The notes under the pieces were generated by a model, which was given only the letters and a program-made list of their open reading frames with translations, was not told the origin of the DNA and ran no database searches. The position numbers and the translations under genes were made by a program. DNA of 64,000 bases, taken from positions 621-64,620 of the forward strand of contig JABHFS010000116.1 of assembly GCA_018672475.1 (NCBI GenBank), in the 5' to 3' direction. Below, piece by piece: positions 54,452-64,000 of this stretch (its first letter is position 1; the number at the start of each line of letters is the position of its first letter). Origin of the DNA: Gemmatimonadota bacterium (lineage in GTDB: Bacteria > Latescibacterota > UBA2968 > UBA8231).

Positions 54452-55513
54452 TTGCTCATGAATTCTTATCAGCAGGTTAATTCCGATGATTCTATTGATC
54501 GAGTTGCATTAAAGGGGCAAGTGATTCAGTCCTCTGGCAAAGTCGATTCTTGTGAATTTATCACTCAAAATGCCCAAGTCCGCCATTTGTTGTCTCAGGC
54601 TGATCGCGTGGCAAAAGCACCTGCCACTGTGCTTATCACCGGAGAGAGCGGTACGGGCAAAGAGGTGTTAGCTAAGCGTTTGCACGAACACAGTCCACGG
54701 CGTCGGGCGGCGTTTATACGGCTCAATTGCGCTTCGTTATCTGAAGGTGTGCTCGAGAGCGAGCTTTTTGGACATGAAAAAGGGGCCTTTACCGGCGCAA
54801 TCCGTCAACGTCTGGGTCGCTTCGAGCAGGCGGATCGGGGGACTTTATTTCTCGACGAGATCGGAGCAGCAGATTTGCGGGTGCAATTGCGTCTTTTACG
54901 CGTGCTGCAAGAACGCGAGTTCGAACGGGTCGGGGGGACGGAAACGCTACGGGTCGATGTGCGGGTCATCGCCGCGACCAATGTGGATTTGCAGGAGGAG
55001 GTCCGCAGGGGGAATTTTCGCGAAGATCTCTTTTATCGCCTCAATGTCATACAGCTCAAGCTCCCACCTTTGCGCCAGCGCAAAGGCGATATCCCGCTTT
55101 TGGTCGAATATTTTATTCGCAAGCTGGATACAGGCAAAGGCGGGCGGATTCGCACGGTCGATGCGGCGGCGCTGGATCACTTATCGGCGTATCCGTGGCC
55201 GGGCAATGTGCGGCAATTGGAGAATGCGGTTGAACGCATGGTTGTGCTCGCAGGTGGGGCGGTGTTGCAGCGGACGGATGTGCCTGAAGAAGTGTTGAAT
55301 TGGCGGGCGGATGATGCGGAACTTGTGGTGGACGGGGAAGGGTTCAGGGAGGCGCGATGTTCTTTTGAGCGGCATTTCCTCTGTTCGGCATTGCACCGGT
55401 ATCACGGGGTAATCTCACAGGTTGCCGAGGCTGTGGGGCTATCGCGCAAGAGTTTGTACGCAAAACTGGAGTATCTCGAGATCGATTACGAACGATACCG
55501 TCTACGATCATAA
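54452..55513 (+). CDS. Sigma54-dependent enhancer-binding protein (AAA+ + Fis HTH) without sensor domain
   Basis: GESGTGKE, ESELFGHEKGAFTGA, LFLDEIG, DLFYRL, WPGNVRQL. Confidence 0.93.
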   Translation: MLMNSYQQVNSDDSIDRVALKGQVIQSSGKVDSCEFITQNAQVRHLLSQADRVAKAPATVLITGESGTGKEVLAKRLHEHSPRRRAAFIRLNCASLSEGVLESELFGHEKGAFTGAIRQRLGRFEQADRGTLFLDEIGAADLRVQLRLLRVLQEREFERVGGTETLRVDVRVIAATNVDLQEEVRRGNFREDLFYRLNVIQLKLPPLRQRKGDIPLLVEYFIRKLDTGKGGRIRTVDAAALDHLSAYPWPGNVRQLENAVERMVVLAGGAVLQRTDVPEEVLNWRADDAELVVDGEGFREARCSFERHFLCSALHRYHGVISQVAEAVGLSRKSLYAKLEYLEIDYERYRLRS

Positions 55514-56560
55514 GTTTTCTCTGAGTGCCTGGCGGAACTTTGTCCTTTGTCCTTTTAGGTAGGTGCGGTGTTCGCCGTCCGGTGCTTCATTGGCGAGGGC
55601 CTGGCCCATAATGGCGGCGGCTTGAGCGTGTCGGCCGAGGAGGTGGAGTAACTCGGCGTAGGTATCTAGGTAGATCGGGCTTGTAGCTTCGAGCTTGACG
55701 GCCTGCATTGAGAGGCCCAGGGCATAATGCAGGCGTAGGCCTTCCTCGGCGTAGGTCCAGGCCAAGTTGTTGAGAATCATCGCATCGTTTGGTGCGCGGG
55801 CTAGGCCCCGTTCGTAGTATTCGATGGCGCGGTCGGGTTGCCGGTGTTCAGAATAGATCCGGGCGATGTCGACGGCGTCGATTACCTGGCTCGCGAATGC
55901 TTTGTGAAAAGTGCTGTCGGCTTGTGGATAGCGTTTTTGCCGCAGTTGGCAATCGCCTAAGATGAGCAATAGTTGCGGGGCATCGGGTTGAATAAGGAGA
56001 GCCTCGACAAGTATGTTTTCAGCTTCGGCGAAATGCTCCCTTGAAATGAGAATGCGACTGAGTTCGCTGCGGGCGAAGAGGTGATTGTAGTCGAGCTCGA
56101 TCGCCTGTCGAAAGGCCGTCATAGCTTCGTCGGCACGATCCTGCTGGCCGTGTAGCCATCCCTGCATCGCCGATAACCAGGCGCTCTGCGGGTGGGCGGT
56201 AGCCAGGCGCGTGAGGATCTGCGTTGTCTGCTCGAAACGTTCATAGCGCAAGCAGATATCGCGGAGGACGGCGTAGAGCTCGCCATTGTCCGGTTCCAAG
56301 TCGATCGCCCGGCGGAGGAAGTCCAACGCCGGGTCCAGTTGATCCAGTCCCATATGGGCCAGGGTGGAGATGACGAGCAAGTGGGCGGTGTCGCCCTCTT
56401 CGCGCAGGGCTCGCCGGGTTTCGGTCAGGGCTTGCTCGTAGAGACTGTCGCGCAGGTAGATTTGTGCCAATTGCGTATGGGTGCGGTAGGCCCCGCATTG
56501 CGGGTTGTCGATGACGAAGACACCGAGCAGAGCGGCGCAGCAGAACAGATACCGGGTCAT
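55508..56560 (-). CDS. TPR repeat protein with N-terminal signal/anchor
   Basis: Start MTRYLF overlaps the rodA stop; TPRs, LNNLAW..A, YLDTYA. Confidence 0.82.
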   Translation of the reverse strand: MTRYLFCCAALLGVFVIDNPQCGAYRTHTQLAQIYLRDSLYEQALTETRRALREEGDTAHLLVISTLAHMGLDQLDPALDFLRRAIDLEPDNGELYAVLRDICLRYERFEQTTQILTRLATAHPQSAWLSAMQGWLHGQQDRADEAMTAFRQAIELDYNHLFARSELSRILISREHFAEAENILVEALLIQPDAPQLLLILGDCQLRQKRYPQADSTFHKAFASQVIDAVDIARIYSEHRQPDRAIEYYERGLARAPNDAMILNNLAWTYAEEGLRLHYALGLSMQAVKLEATSPIYLDTYAELLHLLGRHAQAAAIMGQALANEAPDGEHRTYLKGQRTKFRQALRENL

Positions 56561-57801
56561 CAGTACTCGTGACGGTAGGTGTAGATGTGGAGGAGCAAGC
56601 CAATGGCGACGAGATTGGAAAGCAAAGATGATCCCCCAGAACTTAAGAAGGGCAAGGGCAATCCGGTAACGGGCATGACGCCAATGGTCATACCGATATT
56701 GACGAAGACGTGAAAGGTCAACATCGAGGCCAGGCCGATGGCGATCAGGCTGTAGAAACGGTTCTTGACCATTGCCCCGATTTGTAAGGCGCGGGTGATA
56801 ATGAAGAAGAACAGGGCCAATACCACCAAGGCACCGACAAAACCCAATTCTTCGCCGATGACGGAAAAGATAAAGTCGGTATGGGCCGCAGGAAGGAACT
56901 CGTATTTGGTTTGCGTACCGCCGAGAAAGCCCTTGCCGGTCAAGCCGCCGGAACCAATGGCGATTTTGGACTGGATGATATTCCAACCGGAACCGAGCCG
57001 GTCGCTCTCGGGATCGAGAAAGGTCATAATTCGGTCTTTTTGGTACTGGCGCAGGAAATGGTCCCACAGGTATACGGTGATCAGACCCGCTGAGAGGTTG
57101 ACGGCGATCATGGTGATGGTCACCCAGAGCCGGCCTAAGAGCAGGTGGATGAAAGCGGTGCTGCCGATAATGAAAGTGGCGAAAATATAGGGTGCGGCTC
57201 CTTGCCACAACGGTTCGAAAGAACAGATGACGCTGATGATCGGCGAGACGACGAGAAAGATGAAGAGTTTGCGCATACCGGCCCAGTAGAGCATCGGAAA
57301 GAGTGGTGCGCCAAAGGAAATTGCGGTGCCGAGGTCGGGTTGGCGCACGATCAGGGCCATGGGCACGAGGCTGATGCACAGGGCGCCGAGGAAGCCGCGA
57401 GGTTTGTTGATCCTCTCGGTTGTGCAGTCGCTCAGGTAGCGCGCGAGGGCGATGATCGTCGTGATTTTAGCTAGCTCGGAGGGTTGCAGGCGCAGGGGCC
57501 CCAAACGCAGCCAGCGGGCAGCGTCGTCGCCAGTGCCCCAGGCCAATACCGCTAGGAGGCTCAATAGGCCGAAGAGATAGAGGGGGTGGGCAATACTGTA
57601 GATGACTTTGTCGGGAATATAGACGATAGCCAAGCTCACCGCTAAGGCAAAGAAGGCGAATTTGGCTTGTTTGTCCCAGGCGTTCTGGACTGCGGTCGAG
57701 TCGCTGTGGAAGGCGGCGCTGTAGATCATCGTCACGCCCAGCAACACCGTTACCAAGGTGGCGGCCAGGAGTAGGAAATCGAGTTCGCGAAACAGGCGCA
57801 T
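56560..57801 (-). CDS. rodA: Rod shape-determining protein RodA
   Basis: LQPSELAK, QPDLGT, YQKDRI, IAIGSGG, HTDFIF, PVTGLPLPFLSSGGSS. Confidence 0.95.
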   Translation of the reverse strand: MRLFRELDFLLLAATLVTVLLGVTMIYSAAFHSDSTAVQNAWDKQAKFAFFALAVSLAIVYIPDKVIYSIAHPLYLFGLLSLLAVLAWGTGDDAARWLRLGPLRLQPSELAKITTIIALARYLSDCTTERINKPRGFLGALCISLVPMALIVRQPDLGTAISFGAPLFPMLYWAGMRKLFIFLVVSPIISVICSFEPLWQGAAPYIFATFIIGSTAFIHLLLGRLWVTITMIAVNLSAGLITVYLWDHFLRQYQKDRIMTFLDPESDRLGSGWNIIQSKIAIGSGGLTGKGFLGGTQTKYEFLPAAHTDFIFSVIGEELGFVGALVVLALFFFIITRALQIGAMVKNRFYSLIAIGLASMLTFHVFVNIGMTIGVMPVTGLPLPFLSSGGSSLLSNLVAIGLLLHIYTYRHEY

Positions 57802-57811
57802 GGGCGGACTT

Positions 57812-59572
57812 TCAGTGTGCGGTTAGCAGCGTGTCGGTGGCCGCCTGGTCGGCGGTGCCGCTTTGCTTGAAGTAGGCCTCGATGACTTGGCGCACGATTG
57901 GGCCGGCTACCGCGCCGCCGCCGCCGCCGCCTTCTATCACGGCGGCAATGGCGATCGTCGGGTTCTCATAAGGCGCAAAGGCTACGAACCACGCGTCGTT
58001 GTTGCGGTTGGGTACTTGCGCGGTGCCGGTCTTGGCGGCGATTGCTATGCCATCGATCTGGACTCTGCGTCCGGTGCCACGGTTTCCGTATACAACTTGG
58101 TACATGGCTTTGCGCACGATTTTCAATGTTGCCGGGGTGATTCCTTCGATGGGTTGACGCTCGGGTGGTTCGCCGCTCAGATAAGGCGTGACCAGGTAGC
58201 CGCCATTGGCGATCGCGGCGGTGTAGCGGGCCATTTGGATTGGGGTGACCAGCATCGCGCCTTGCCCGATGATGAGGTTGAGCAGGTGGCCAAAGGTCCA
58301 ACCTTCGCGTTCCTGATAGTATTGGCGCGACGGCAGCAGGCCTTCGGCTTCGCTGGGGTCGAGGGCGATACCCGTCGGATGGCCGAAACCGAATTTGTCC
58401 GCGTATTCTCGCCAGGTTTTAAACCCGAGGATTTGTGCTAGATGGTGGAAATAGATATTGCAGGAGGTTTCGATCGCCTCTAAGAGGTTCATCTCGCCGT
58501 GGCCGTCGAGTTTATTGCAGTGAAAGACGACGTCACCGACCGCCAGAGAACCGGCGCAGGCTTCGAAAGTGCTCAAGGTGTCGGTGATACCCGTTTCAAG
58601 GGCGGCGATGGCACCGATCATCTTCAGTGTGGATCCCGGGGGGTAGCGTCCCCTGATGGCCCTGTTGAGCAAGGTCGTCTTGCTTTGCAGCACCTTCTGG
58701 CGTTCTTCCTGGGCTTGGAAGGATACGAATATATTGGCGTCGAAAGTCGGTTTGTTGACCAGGGCTAGCACGGCGCCGGTTTGCGGGTTTATCGCGACGA
58801 TCGATCCGGCAAGCGTATCGGGCAAGGCGCGTTCGGCGGCGAGCTGGACTTCGAGGTCGATGGTCAGGTGCAGTTCGTTGCCTGATACGGCCCACTGGTC
58901 GAGCTCGGGAAGCTCGCGTCCGGTGCGTCCTGCGGCGTCGACTTCGAGGTAGTGGACGCCGTCTAGGCCGCGCAGGTTATTCTCGTAAATCTTCTCGATT
59001 CCGGTTTTACCGATGAAATCCCCGGGCATGTAAGTTTTCCCCGGCGCGTTTATCAGGCTCTGGTCCTGAATAATGCCCATATAACCGAGCAGGTGGGCAG
59101 TCGAGTGGCTATAGGGGTAATGGCGTTGGGTCTCGATCTCGATGTCGAGTAGCGGCCAGTCGGCTTTGAGCAACTCTTCGACGATCGACACGGTGCGGAA
59201 ATCGACATCGCGCTTGAGGCGGATAGTGCGGTGGCGTCGGCTGTAGTTGTCGTTGATTTCGTGATCACCGATGGCCTCCTTGAAGGCGGTCGCGGTCGCG
59301 TCGAAATCCTTGCGCGTCGTGCGTTCCAACGAGACGGAGTAGAAGGCGCGGTTGCGGGCCAGAACCCGTCCGTCGCGGTCGTATATCAGGCCGCGAGGGG
59401 CTTTGATCCGCTTCTGGGCTATGCGATTTTCGTCCGATTCGCGGGCGTAGTCGTCCGATGTGGTGACTTGCAGGTACAACAAGCGTAGGACCAGCACGGC
59501 GAAAAGCAGGGTGACGACTCGGAGGAGGCCGTTGATCTGCGGGCGTTGGTCCTGTTGCGGCAGATGTTCCAC
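57812..59572 (-). CDS. mrdA: Penicillin-binding protein 2
   Basis: PRGLIYDR, STLK (SxxK), SCN, KTGTAQ; adjacent to rodA. Confidence 0.95.
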   Translation of the reverse strand: MEHLPQQDQRPQINGLLRVVTLLFAVLVLRLLYLQVTTSDDYARESDENRIAQKRIKAPRGLIYDRDGRVLARNRAFYSVSLERTTRKDFDATATAFKEAIGDHEINDNYSRRHRTIRLKRDVDFRTVSIVEELLKADWPLLDIEIETQRHYPYSHSTAHLLGYMGIIQDQSLINAPGKTYMPGDFIGKTGIEKIYENNLRGLDGVHYLEVDAAGRTGRELPELDQWAVSGNELHLTIDLEVQLAAERALPDTLAGSIVAINPQTGAVLALVNKPTFDANIFVSFQAQEERQKVLQSKTTLLNRAIRGRYPPGSTLKMIGAIAALETGITDTLSTFEACAGSLAVGDVVFHCNKLDGHGEMNLLEAIETSCNIYFHHLAQILGFKTWREYADKFGFGHPTGIALDPSEAEGLLPSRQYYQEREGWTFGHLLNLIIGQGAMLVTPIQMARYTAAIANGGYLVTPYLSGEPPERQPIEGITPATLKIVRKAMYQVVYGNRGTGRRVQIDGIAIAAKTGTAQVPNRNNDAWFVAFAPYENPTIAIAAVIEGGGGGGAVAGPIVRQVIEAYFKQSGTADQAATDTLLTAH

Positions 59573-59579
59573 GTTGGAT

Positions 59580-60062
59580 TCAGATGGGAAACAGGTAACG
59601 CCTAAGATTCAGGCCGGCGGAGAAGAGGGTGCCGAGCAGGGCCGTGTAGACTGCGCGGCCCAAACCGTAGCGCAACCAGAAATAGGGCACGTCCAGCAAG
59701 CCTATGGCGCTGGTGCCGAGATAGTAGATCAGGTCGTGGCAGAGCACGGCGCCGAAGAGCAGGCCGATCTGGACTTGGATATTGTCGGCGACGATGCGCG
59801 AGCGGCCGTAGCCGACGGCAAAGCCGATGAGCGATTTGCTCAGGGCGTTGAGCCCTAGGTCGGCGGGGTGGTAGATGTCCTGCATAAAGCCAATACCGAA
59901 ACCCATGCAGATGGCGACGAGCGGCCCTTCGCGCAAGGCTATATAGGTCAGGGCCAGGAGGATCAAGTCCGGTTTGAGCGAAGAGATCTCGAAAAAATCG
60001 ATCCAGGTGGTTTGCAGCGCGAAGGCTAATACCAGCAGGAAAATATAACGAATCGAGTCCAT
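59580..60062 (-). CDS. mreD: Rod shape-determining protein MreD
   Basis: Hydrophobic; PDLIL, G..QD, LGLNALS; upstream of mrdA. Confidence 0.88.
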   Translation of the reverse strand: MDSIRYIFLLVLAFALQTTWIDFFEISSLKPDLILLALTYIALREGPLVAICMGFGIGFMQDIYHPADLGLNALSKSLIGFAVGYGRSRIVADNIQVQIGLLFGAVLCHDLIYYLGTSAIGLLDVPYFWLRYGLGRAVYTALLGTLFSAGLNLRRYLFPI

Positions 60063-60063
60063 A

Positions 60064-61986
60064 TCACTTGGGAATCTGTAGGGTTGTGCCCGCCAGCAGC
60101 GTCGAAGAAGGGCTGATATTGTTCTGGCGAGCGATTTCGTTGGGTTCGCGGCCGAATTTGCGGGCGATGCTATAGAGGGTGTCGCCCTGGACCACGGTGT
60201 AGACGCTCTTGTCGACAATGGCCAGTTGTTGCCCCGGTTTGATGATTGCGTTGTTCAAACCGTTCGACGCCTGTAGGTCATTCACGCTGATCTTAAAACG
60301 CCGGGCCAGGTCCCAGAGCGTGTCGCCTGGTTGCACCGTATAGATTTTGCGGCCCTTGCCATCGGAGACCGTAGGCGCTGGACGTCGAGGTTGCAGTTTC
60401 CACAAGACGAGTTTCTGTCCGGGTCTAATCAGTGTTTTATCAAGTTTGTTCCAGCGCATCAGGTCGCGTAGGCGGACCCCGTTTTGGTGGGCGATGCGGT
60501 CGAGCGAGTCGCCGGGGCGCACGGTATAGGTCCGTTTTGTTTGGTCTCTACCCTTACTGGCGCTGAGTTCAATGCCCGGAGCGGCGGGAATGTAGAGAAT
60601 CTGTTTCGGCCGGATGAGATTGGGGTTCTTGAGGCTGTTGGCCGCGGCGATCGTCCGGGTGTTGATGCCGAAGGCCTTGGCGATGCTCGAGATATTGTCG
60701 CCGTATTGTACCTCGTACTGGTAGACGGCGGCTTTTTGTGCCGAGGGCAGGCGGGCGTATTTTTCGAGAAAGAGCGCGCCCTTGTCCGGCGGCACCCGCA
60801 GGCGATAGGGGGGGGCGCCGGGCGGGGTAATGGCCTGGCGCAGTTCCGGGTTAAGGTCGCGCAGGGCCGCGTATTTGATGTCTAGGATTTTGGCAGCGGC
60901 AACTAAGTCGACGTAGGGCCACTTCTTGGGGAGGGTGACTTCTTCGTAAGCGAAGGCCGCTTCGAACTCCTCGAGTTCGAAGCCAAAGAGCTGCGGTTCC
61001 TTAGCGATGATCGCCGCGGCCATAAAGAGCGGCACGTAATTTTTCGTTTCGCGCGGTAGTTCGAGTTGCCAGAAGTCGCGGGTGCCTGCTTTGGCGATGG
61101 CCCGGGTGACTCGTCCCGTTCCTGAGTTATAAGCGGCCAGGGCCAAACGCCAGTCAGAAAAATGGCGGAAGAGGTCTTGTAAGTGTCGCGCCGCACCGAC
61201 AGTGGATTTGATCGGATCGCGGCGCTCGTCGACCCAATGCGTGCGGTCGAGGCCGACCATCTGGCCGGTATGTGCCATAAACTGCCATAAGCCGACCGCC
61301 CGGGCCCGCGAATAGGCCTTGGGATTGAAACCACTTTCGATCATTGCCAGGTAGAAGAGGTCGGTGGGTAGATTTTCGCGGCGCAAGATGTCGTTGATCA
61401 GTGAGTTGAAACGTCCCGAACGGCGCATCCAGGTGGAGAAGGTCTGGCGGCCCCTGGTTTGGAAAAAGTGGATGCTGGCGGCGACTCGGGCATTGGCGTC
61501 GATGGGGATGTCGCATCGGCGGCTGAGTTGGTGGATGCGGACCAGTGGTGCGGCGTCGGGGGGCAGGTCCTCGATGGTCTCTTCGGACAGGCCTTCGAGC
61601 AGGAGAACTAAGGGGCTGTCGTCCGAAAAATGTTCCAGATGAGGTAGAAGGTCCAGGTAGGCTTTTTCGATCGCTACACCCAGACTTGCGGCTTCAGTGG
61701 TATCGGTGGGGGTGTCGTGTTCGTCGAGGTCGGCTAGGATCCGGAAGGCGCGGTCTAAGTCTTCCTGTGATCGTTGGGCTTGGTCTAGGGTCTGGCCCTC
61801 GATCGCCCGAAGCAAGTGCCAACGCGCGGCGCGGAGATCGGAAATGTCGGTGGGTATATCGGTGGGTATGTCGGTGGGTATGTCGGTGGGCACCGTCTCG
61901 TCGAAGACCGTGCTTTCTCCCCTTTGCCAAGGCGCACAGGCCAGTAATGTCAAGGAGAGACCGAAACTAAAAAGCAGCGAACGCAC
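60064..61986 (-). CDS. mltD: LysM-containing lytic transglycosylase lipoprotein (MltD-like)
   Basis: Lipobox LLAC; MIES, AVGLWQFM, AAYNSG, ETKNYVP; four clear LysM repeats. Confidence 0.9.
   Translation of the reverse strand: MRSLLFSFGLSLTLLACAPWQRGESTVFDETVPTDIPTDIPTDIPTDISDLRAARWHLLRAIEGQTLDQAQRSQEDLDRAFRILADLDEHDTPTDTTEAASLGVAIEKAYLDLLPHLEHFSDDSPLVLLLEGLSEETIEDLPPDAAPLVRIHQLSRRCDIPIDANARVAASIHFFQTRGRQTFSTWMRRSGRFNSLINDILRRENLPTDLFYLAMIESGFNPKAYSRARAVGLWQFMAHTGQMVGLDRTHWVDERRDPIKSTVGAARHLQDLFRHFSDWRLALAAYNSGTGRVTRAIAKAGTRDFWQLELPRETKNYVPLFMAAAIIAKEPQLFGFELEEFEAAFAYEEVTLPKKWPYVDLVAAAKILDIKYAALRDLNPELRQAITPPGAPPYRLRVPPDKGALFLEKYARLPSAQKAAVYQYEVQYGDNISSIAKAFGINTRTIAAANSLKNPNLIRPKQILYIPAAPGIELSASKGRDQTKRTYTVRPGDSLDRIAHQNGVRLRDLMRWNKLDKTLIRPGQKLVLWKLQPRRPAPTVSDGKGRKIYTVQPGDTLWDLARRFKISVNDLQASNGLNNAIIKPGQQLAIVDKSVYTVVQGDTLYSIARKFGREPNEIARQNNISPSSTLLAGTTLQIPK
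61844..61891. repeat. 12-bp in-frame tandem repeat x4 (PTDI)
   Basis: ATGTCGGTGGGT / ATATCGGTGGGT / ATGTCGGTGGGT / ATGTCGGTGGGC. Confidence 0.9.
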
Positions 61987-61992
61987 TGGGGA

Positions 61993-62856
61993 TTAATCCT
62001 CTCGGGGGACGAGGATTTGGGAGCGGACTTTCAGGGCGTTGGGGTAATAGGCTTCGATTTTCTCGGTAGCCGCCTGGGCTTGGGGGTCGGTGCGGTAGTG
62101 GCCGACTTCGACTTTGTACCAGGGTGCCTTGAAGGTTACGTCAATGTCCGGGCGGCGCAGGCGCTTTATGGCGCGGCCTTTGAGGCGGTTGGCTTCGTCG
62201 TGGGAGAGGAACTGGTCAATTAATACCCGCCAGCCGAAGGTGCGCACCATTTCAGTGGTTTTTTCCGCTTCTGCGGGGCGCGGTGTTTCAACTGCGGTGG
62301 CGCTCGGGTTGCTCAGCGGTGTTTCGATCGTGGCGCTGATGACATAGGCGTCGGCGTAATCGGGGCCGAGGGCGGCAACGCGACTTTTGAGCTTTTGCGC
62401 TTCTTGGCGGGTTTCGTATTGTCCGGCTTGCAGCAGGAAATGTTCGTCCCGGGTGATTAGATGGACCGTCGTGCCGAGCATCTGTTCCAATTCGGCTTGG
62501 CGCCTGCGGGCCACGGCCCCATTGCTTAAAGTTACCAACTGCAGTCGGAAGACGTTGACCGGTCCGTATTCGACGGGCAAGTCGGCGTCGATCTCGCTTG
62601 TGGGGTTGACGGTGGGTTCGCTGGTGAATTCGACGGTGGGTTCGCTGGTGAATTCGACGATGGGTTCGTGCAGACTTGCGCGTTGGAAGACCGGCTGGAT
62701 TAGCAAGAGGTCTTCGCCGAGGGAGCGGACGTCGAAAGTCTCGCGGACACTCTGCGCCGCGTCGACTGGCCCGGCGAGCAAGTTCGGCGTGTTCGACGGA
62801 CCGGCGCAACTGACGGCGCCGAGTAAAACTAGGAGCAGGAGCGGGGAGCGTTTCAC
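61993..62856 (-). CDS. SPOR-domain lipoprotein (two SPOR-like domains)
   Basis: Lipobox AVSC; FRLQL...AGQYETRQEA; GWRVLI...PWYKVEVGHY. Confidence 0.8.
   Translation of the reverse strand: MKRSPLLLLVLLGAVSCAGPSNTPNLLAGPVDAAQSVRETFDVRSLGEDLLLIQPVFQRASLHEPIVEFTSEPTVEFTSEPTVNPTSEIDADLPVEYGPVNVFRLQLVTLSNGAVARRRQAELEQMLGTTVHLITRDEHFLLQAGQYETRQEAQKLKSRVAALGPDYADAYVISATIETPLSNPSATAVETPRPAEAEKTTEMVRTFGWRVLIDQFLSHDEANRLKGRAIKRLRRPDIDVTFKAPWYKVEVGHYRTDPQAQAATEKIEAYYPNALKVRSQILVPRED
62608..62668. repeat. 24-bp in-frame tandem repeat x2.5 (EFTSEPTV)
   Basis: GACGGTGGGTTCGCTGGTGAATTC twice, plus a partial copy. Confidence 0.9.
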
Positions 62857-63893
62857 GTTTCGACCCAAGTGCATAGAGCGGGCTCGAATGGGGCGCGAGC
62901 AATGCCTTTTTCCGAAATGATCGCTGTGACTAGCCGGTTGGGGGTTATGTCGAAGGCCGGGTTGTAGACCGGAACGTCGTCTGGGGCGGTGACTTTGCCC
63001 ATGCCGGCGCGAATCTCCGCGGGGTCCCGCTCTTCGATGGGGATTTCCTCGCCTGAAGCGAGGGAAATATCGAGGGTGGAGATCGGGGCCGCTACGTAGA
63101 AGGGCACGCCGTGTTCACGGGCTAGGATGGCCAGCCCGTAGGTGCCGATCTTATTGGCTACGTCGCCGTTGCGGGCGATGCGGTCGGCGCCGACGATACA
63201 GCAGTCGATGGTTTCACTACGCAGGACCGAGGCGGCCATATTGTCGCAGATGACTTTGACGTCGACACCGCTTTGCATTAATTCCCATGCGGTTAGCCTC
63301 GACCCTTGCAAAAGCGGTCGGGTTTCGTCGGCGAAGACGGCGACATTTTTCCCAGCCTCCTGGGCTGCGTAAATGACCCCGAGGGCGGTGCCGTAATCGG
63401 CGGTGGCTAGGCCCCCGGCGTTGCAGTGGGTGATGACTTGGCTGCCGTCGCGCAGCAATTCGGCGCCGTTGCGGCCCATTTGGCGACAGATGCGGCGGTC
63501 TTCTTCGAATAGGTGGTCGGCCGTCGCGAGGAGCGCGTCGCGGATGGTCTGGTTACCGGAATCCGGGTGGGTCGACAGAAGCGCGCGCATCTGGTCGAGG
63601 GCCCAGAACAGGTTGACCGCGGTGGGACGGGTGCGGGCGAGCCGGTCGATAGAGGCTTCGACCCGACGGCGGAATTCTGCCGGATCGCAGTCGATGGCCT
63701 CTTGCGCGCCGACGACGACCCCGTAGGCGGCAGCCAAACCGATGGCCGGAGCGCCGCGTACCATTAGCACTTCAATGGCTTGCGCGATGGTCTCGACATC
63801 GGAGCAAGTCTCGTAGATCACTTCTTCGGGCAAGCGGGTTTGGTCGAGCAGGACCAGCGCGTTGTCCTGCCATTTGAGTGTTTGTACCGGCAT
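62853..63893 (-). CDS. mtnA: S-methyl-5-thioribose-1-phosphate isomerase
   Basis: LLDQTRLP, VRGAPAIG, RPTAVNL, THCNAG, DETRP, NKIGTY, NPAFD. Confidence 0.95.
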   Translation of the reverse strand: MPVQTLKWQDNALVLLDQTRLPEEVIYETCSDVETIAQAIEVLMVRGAPAIGLAAAYGVVVGAQEAIDCDPAEFRRRVEASIDRLARTRPTAVNLFWALDQMRALLSTHPDSGNQTIRDALLATADHLFEEDRRICRQMGRNGAELLRDGSQVITHCNAGGLATADYGTALGVIYAAQEAGKNVAVFADETRPLLQGSRLTAWELMQSGVDVKVICDNMAASVLRSETIDCCIVGADRIARNGDVANKIGTYGLAILAREHGVPFYVAAPISTLDISLASGEEIPIEERDPAEIRAGMGKVTAPDDVPVYNPAFDITPNRLVTAIISEKGIARAPFEPALCTWVET

Positions 63894-64000
63894 TAGAATT
63901 GCGAAAATTCGAAGCTGGTTTCTTCTTTCGTTTCTTCTTTCGTGTCTTCTTCCGTTTCCCACCGATCTTCGAACTCGGTGCGCTCGGCATCGCCCCAAAG
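63893..64000 (-). CDS. C-terminal end of an unknown upstream gene (acidic tail)
   Basis: Open frame LWGDAERTEFEDRWETEEDTKEETKEETSFEFSQF*, whose TAA overlaps the mtnA ATG (TAATG). Confidence 0.55.
   Translation of the reverse strand, partial: LWGDAERTEFEDRWETEEDTKEETKEETSFEFSQF

Noticed and set aside
57913-57931. GCC run in mrdA as a possible contingency repeat
   Set aside because: It encodes the Gly-rich motif normally found at this position in class B PBPs
61844-62668. Short repeats as a possible CRISPR array
   Set aside because: Contiguous in-frame repeats without spacers; no cas genes

Overview
GC-rich bacterial window, most consistent with an FCB-superphylum candidate lineage such as Latescibacterota. 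This is inferred from T9SS-like and FlgD-like C-terminal domains, a TWGxIK tail, many PhyH dioxygenases and a short SigA-type sigma factor. About 1-31.7 kb is a catabolic accessory region: aldolases, dehydrogenases, six Fe(II)/2OG oxygenases, a sulfatase, a heparinase-II/III-like lyase, an enolase-superfamily enzyme and two GT-C+TPR membrane proteins. About 31.9-47.7 kb is the most interesting part, an apparently undescribed cell-envelope locus. It holds four paralogous secreted discoidin-like/FlgD-tail proteins, an 890-aa candidate outer-membrane barrel with acidic Ca-binding-like loops, a separately regulated CBM9/DOMON-like protein ending in TWGQIK, and a probably non-catalytic parvulin lipoprotein, with a G-quadruplex-like tract next to the promoter. 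About 48.9-55.5 kb holds an MBL hydrolase flanked by two decayed receiver domains, a mazG pair, a sigma70 factor, an orphan parA and a sensor-less sigma54 activator. About 55.5-64 kb is an mtnA-SPOR-mltD-mreD-mrdA-rodA-TPR operon. No rRNA, tRNA, CRISPR array or intact transposase was seen. All calls come from reading motifs by eye; no database search was run.
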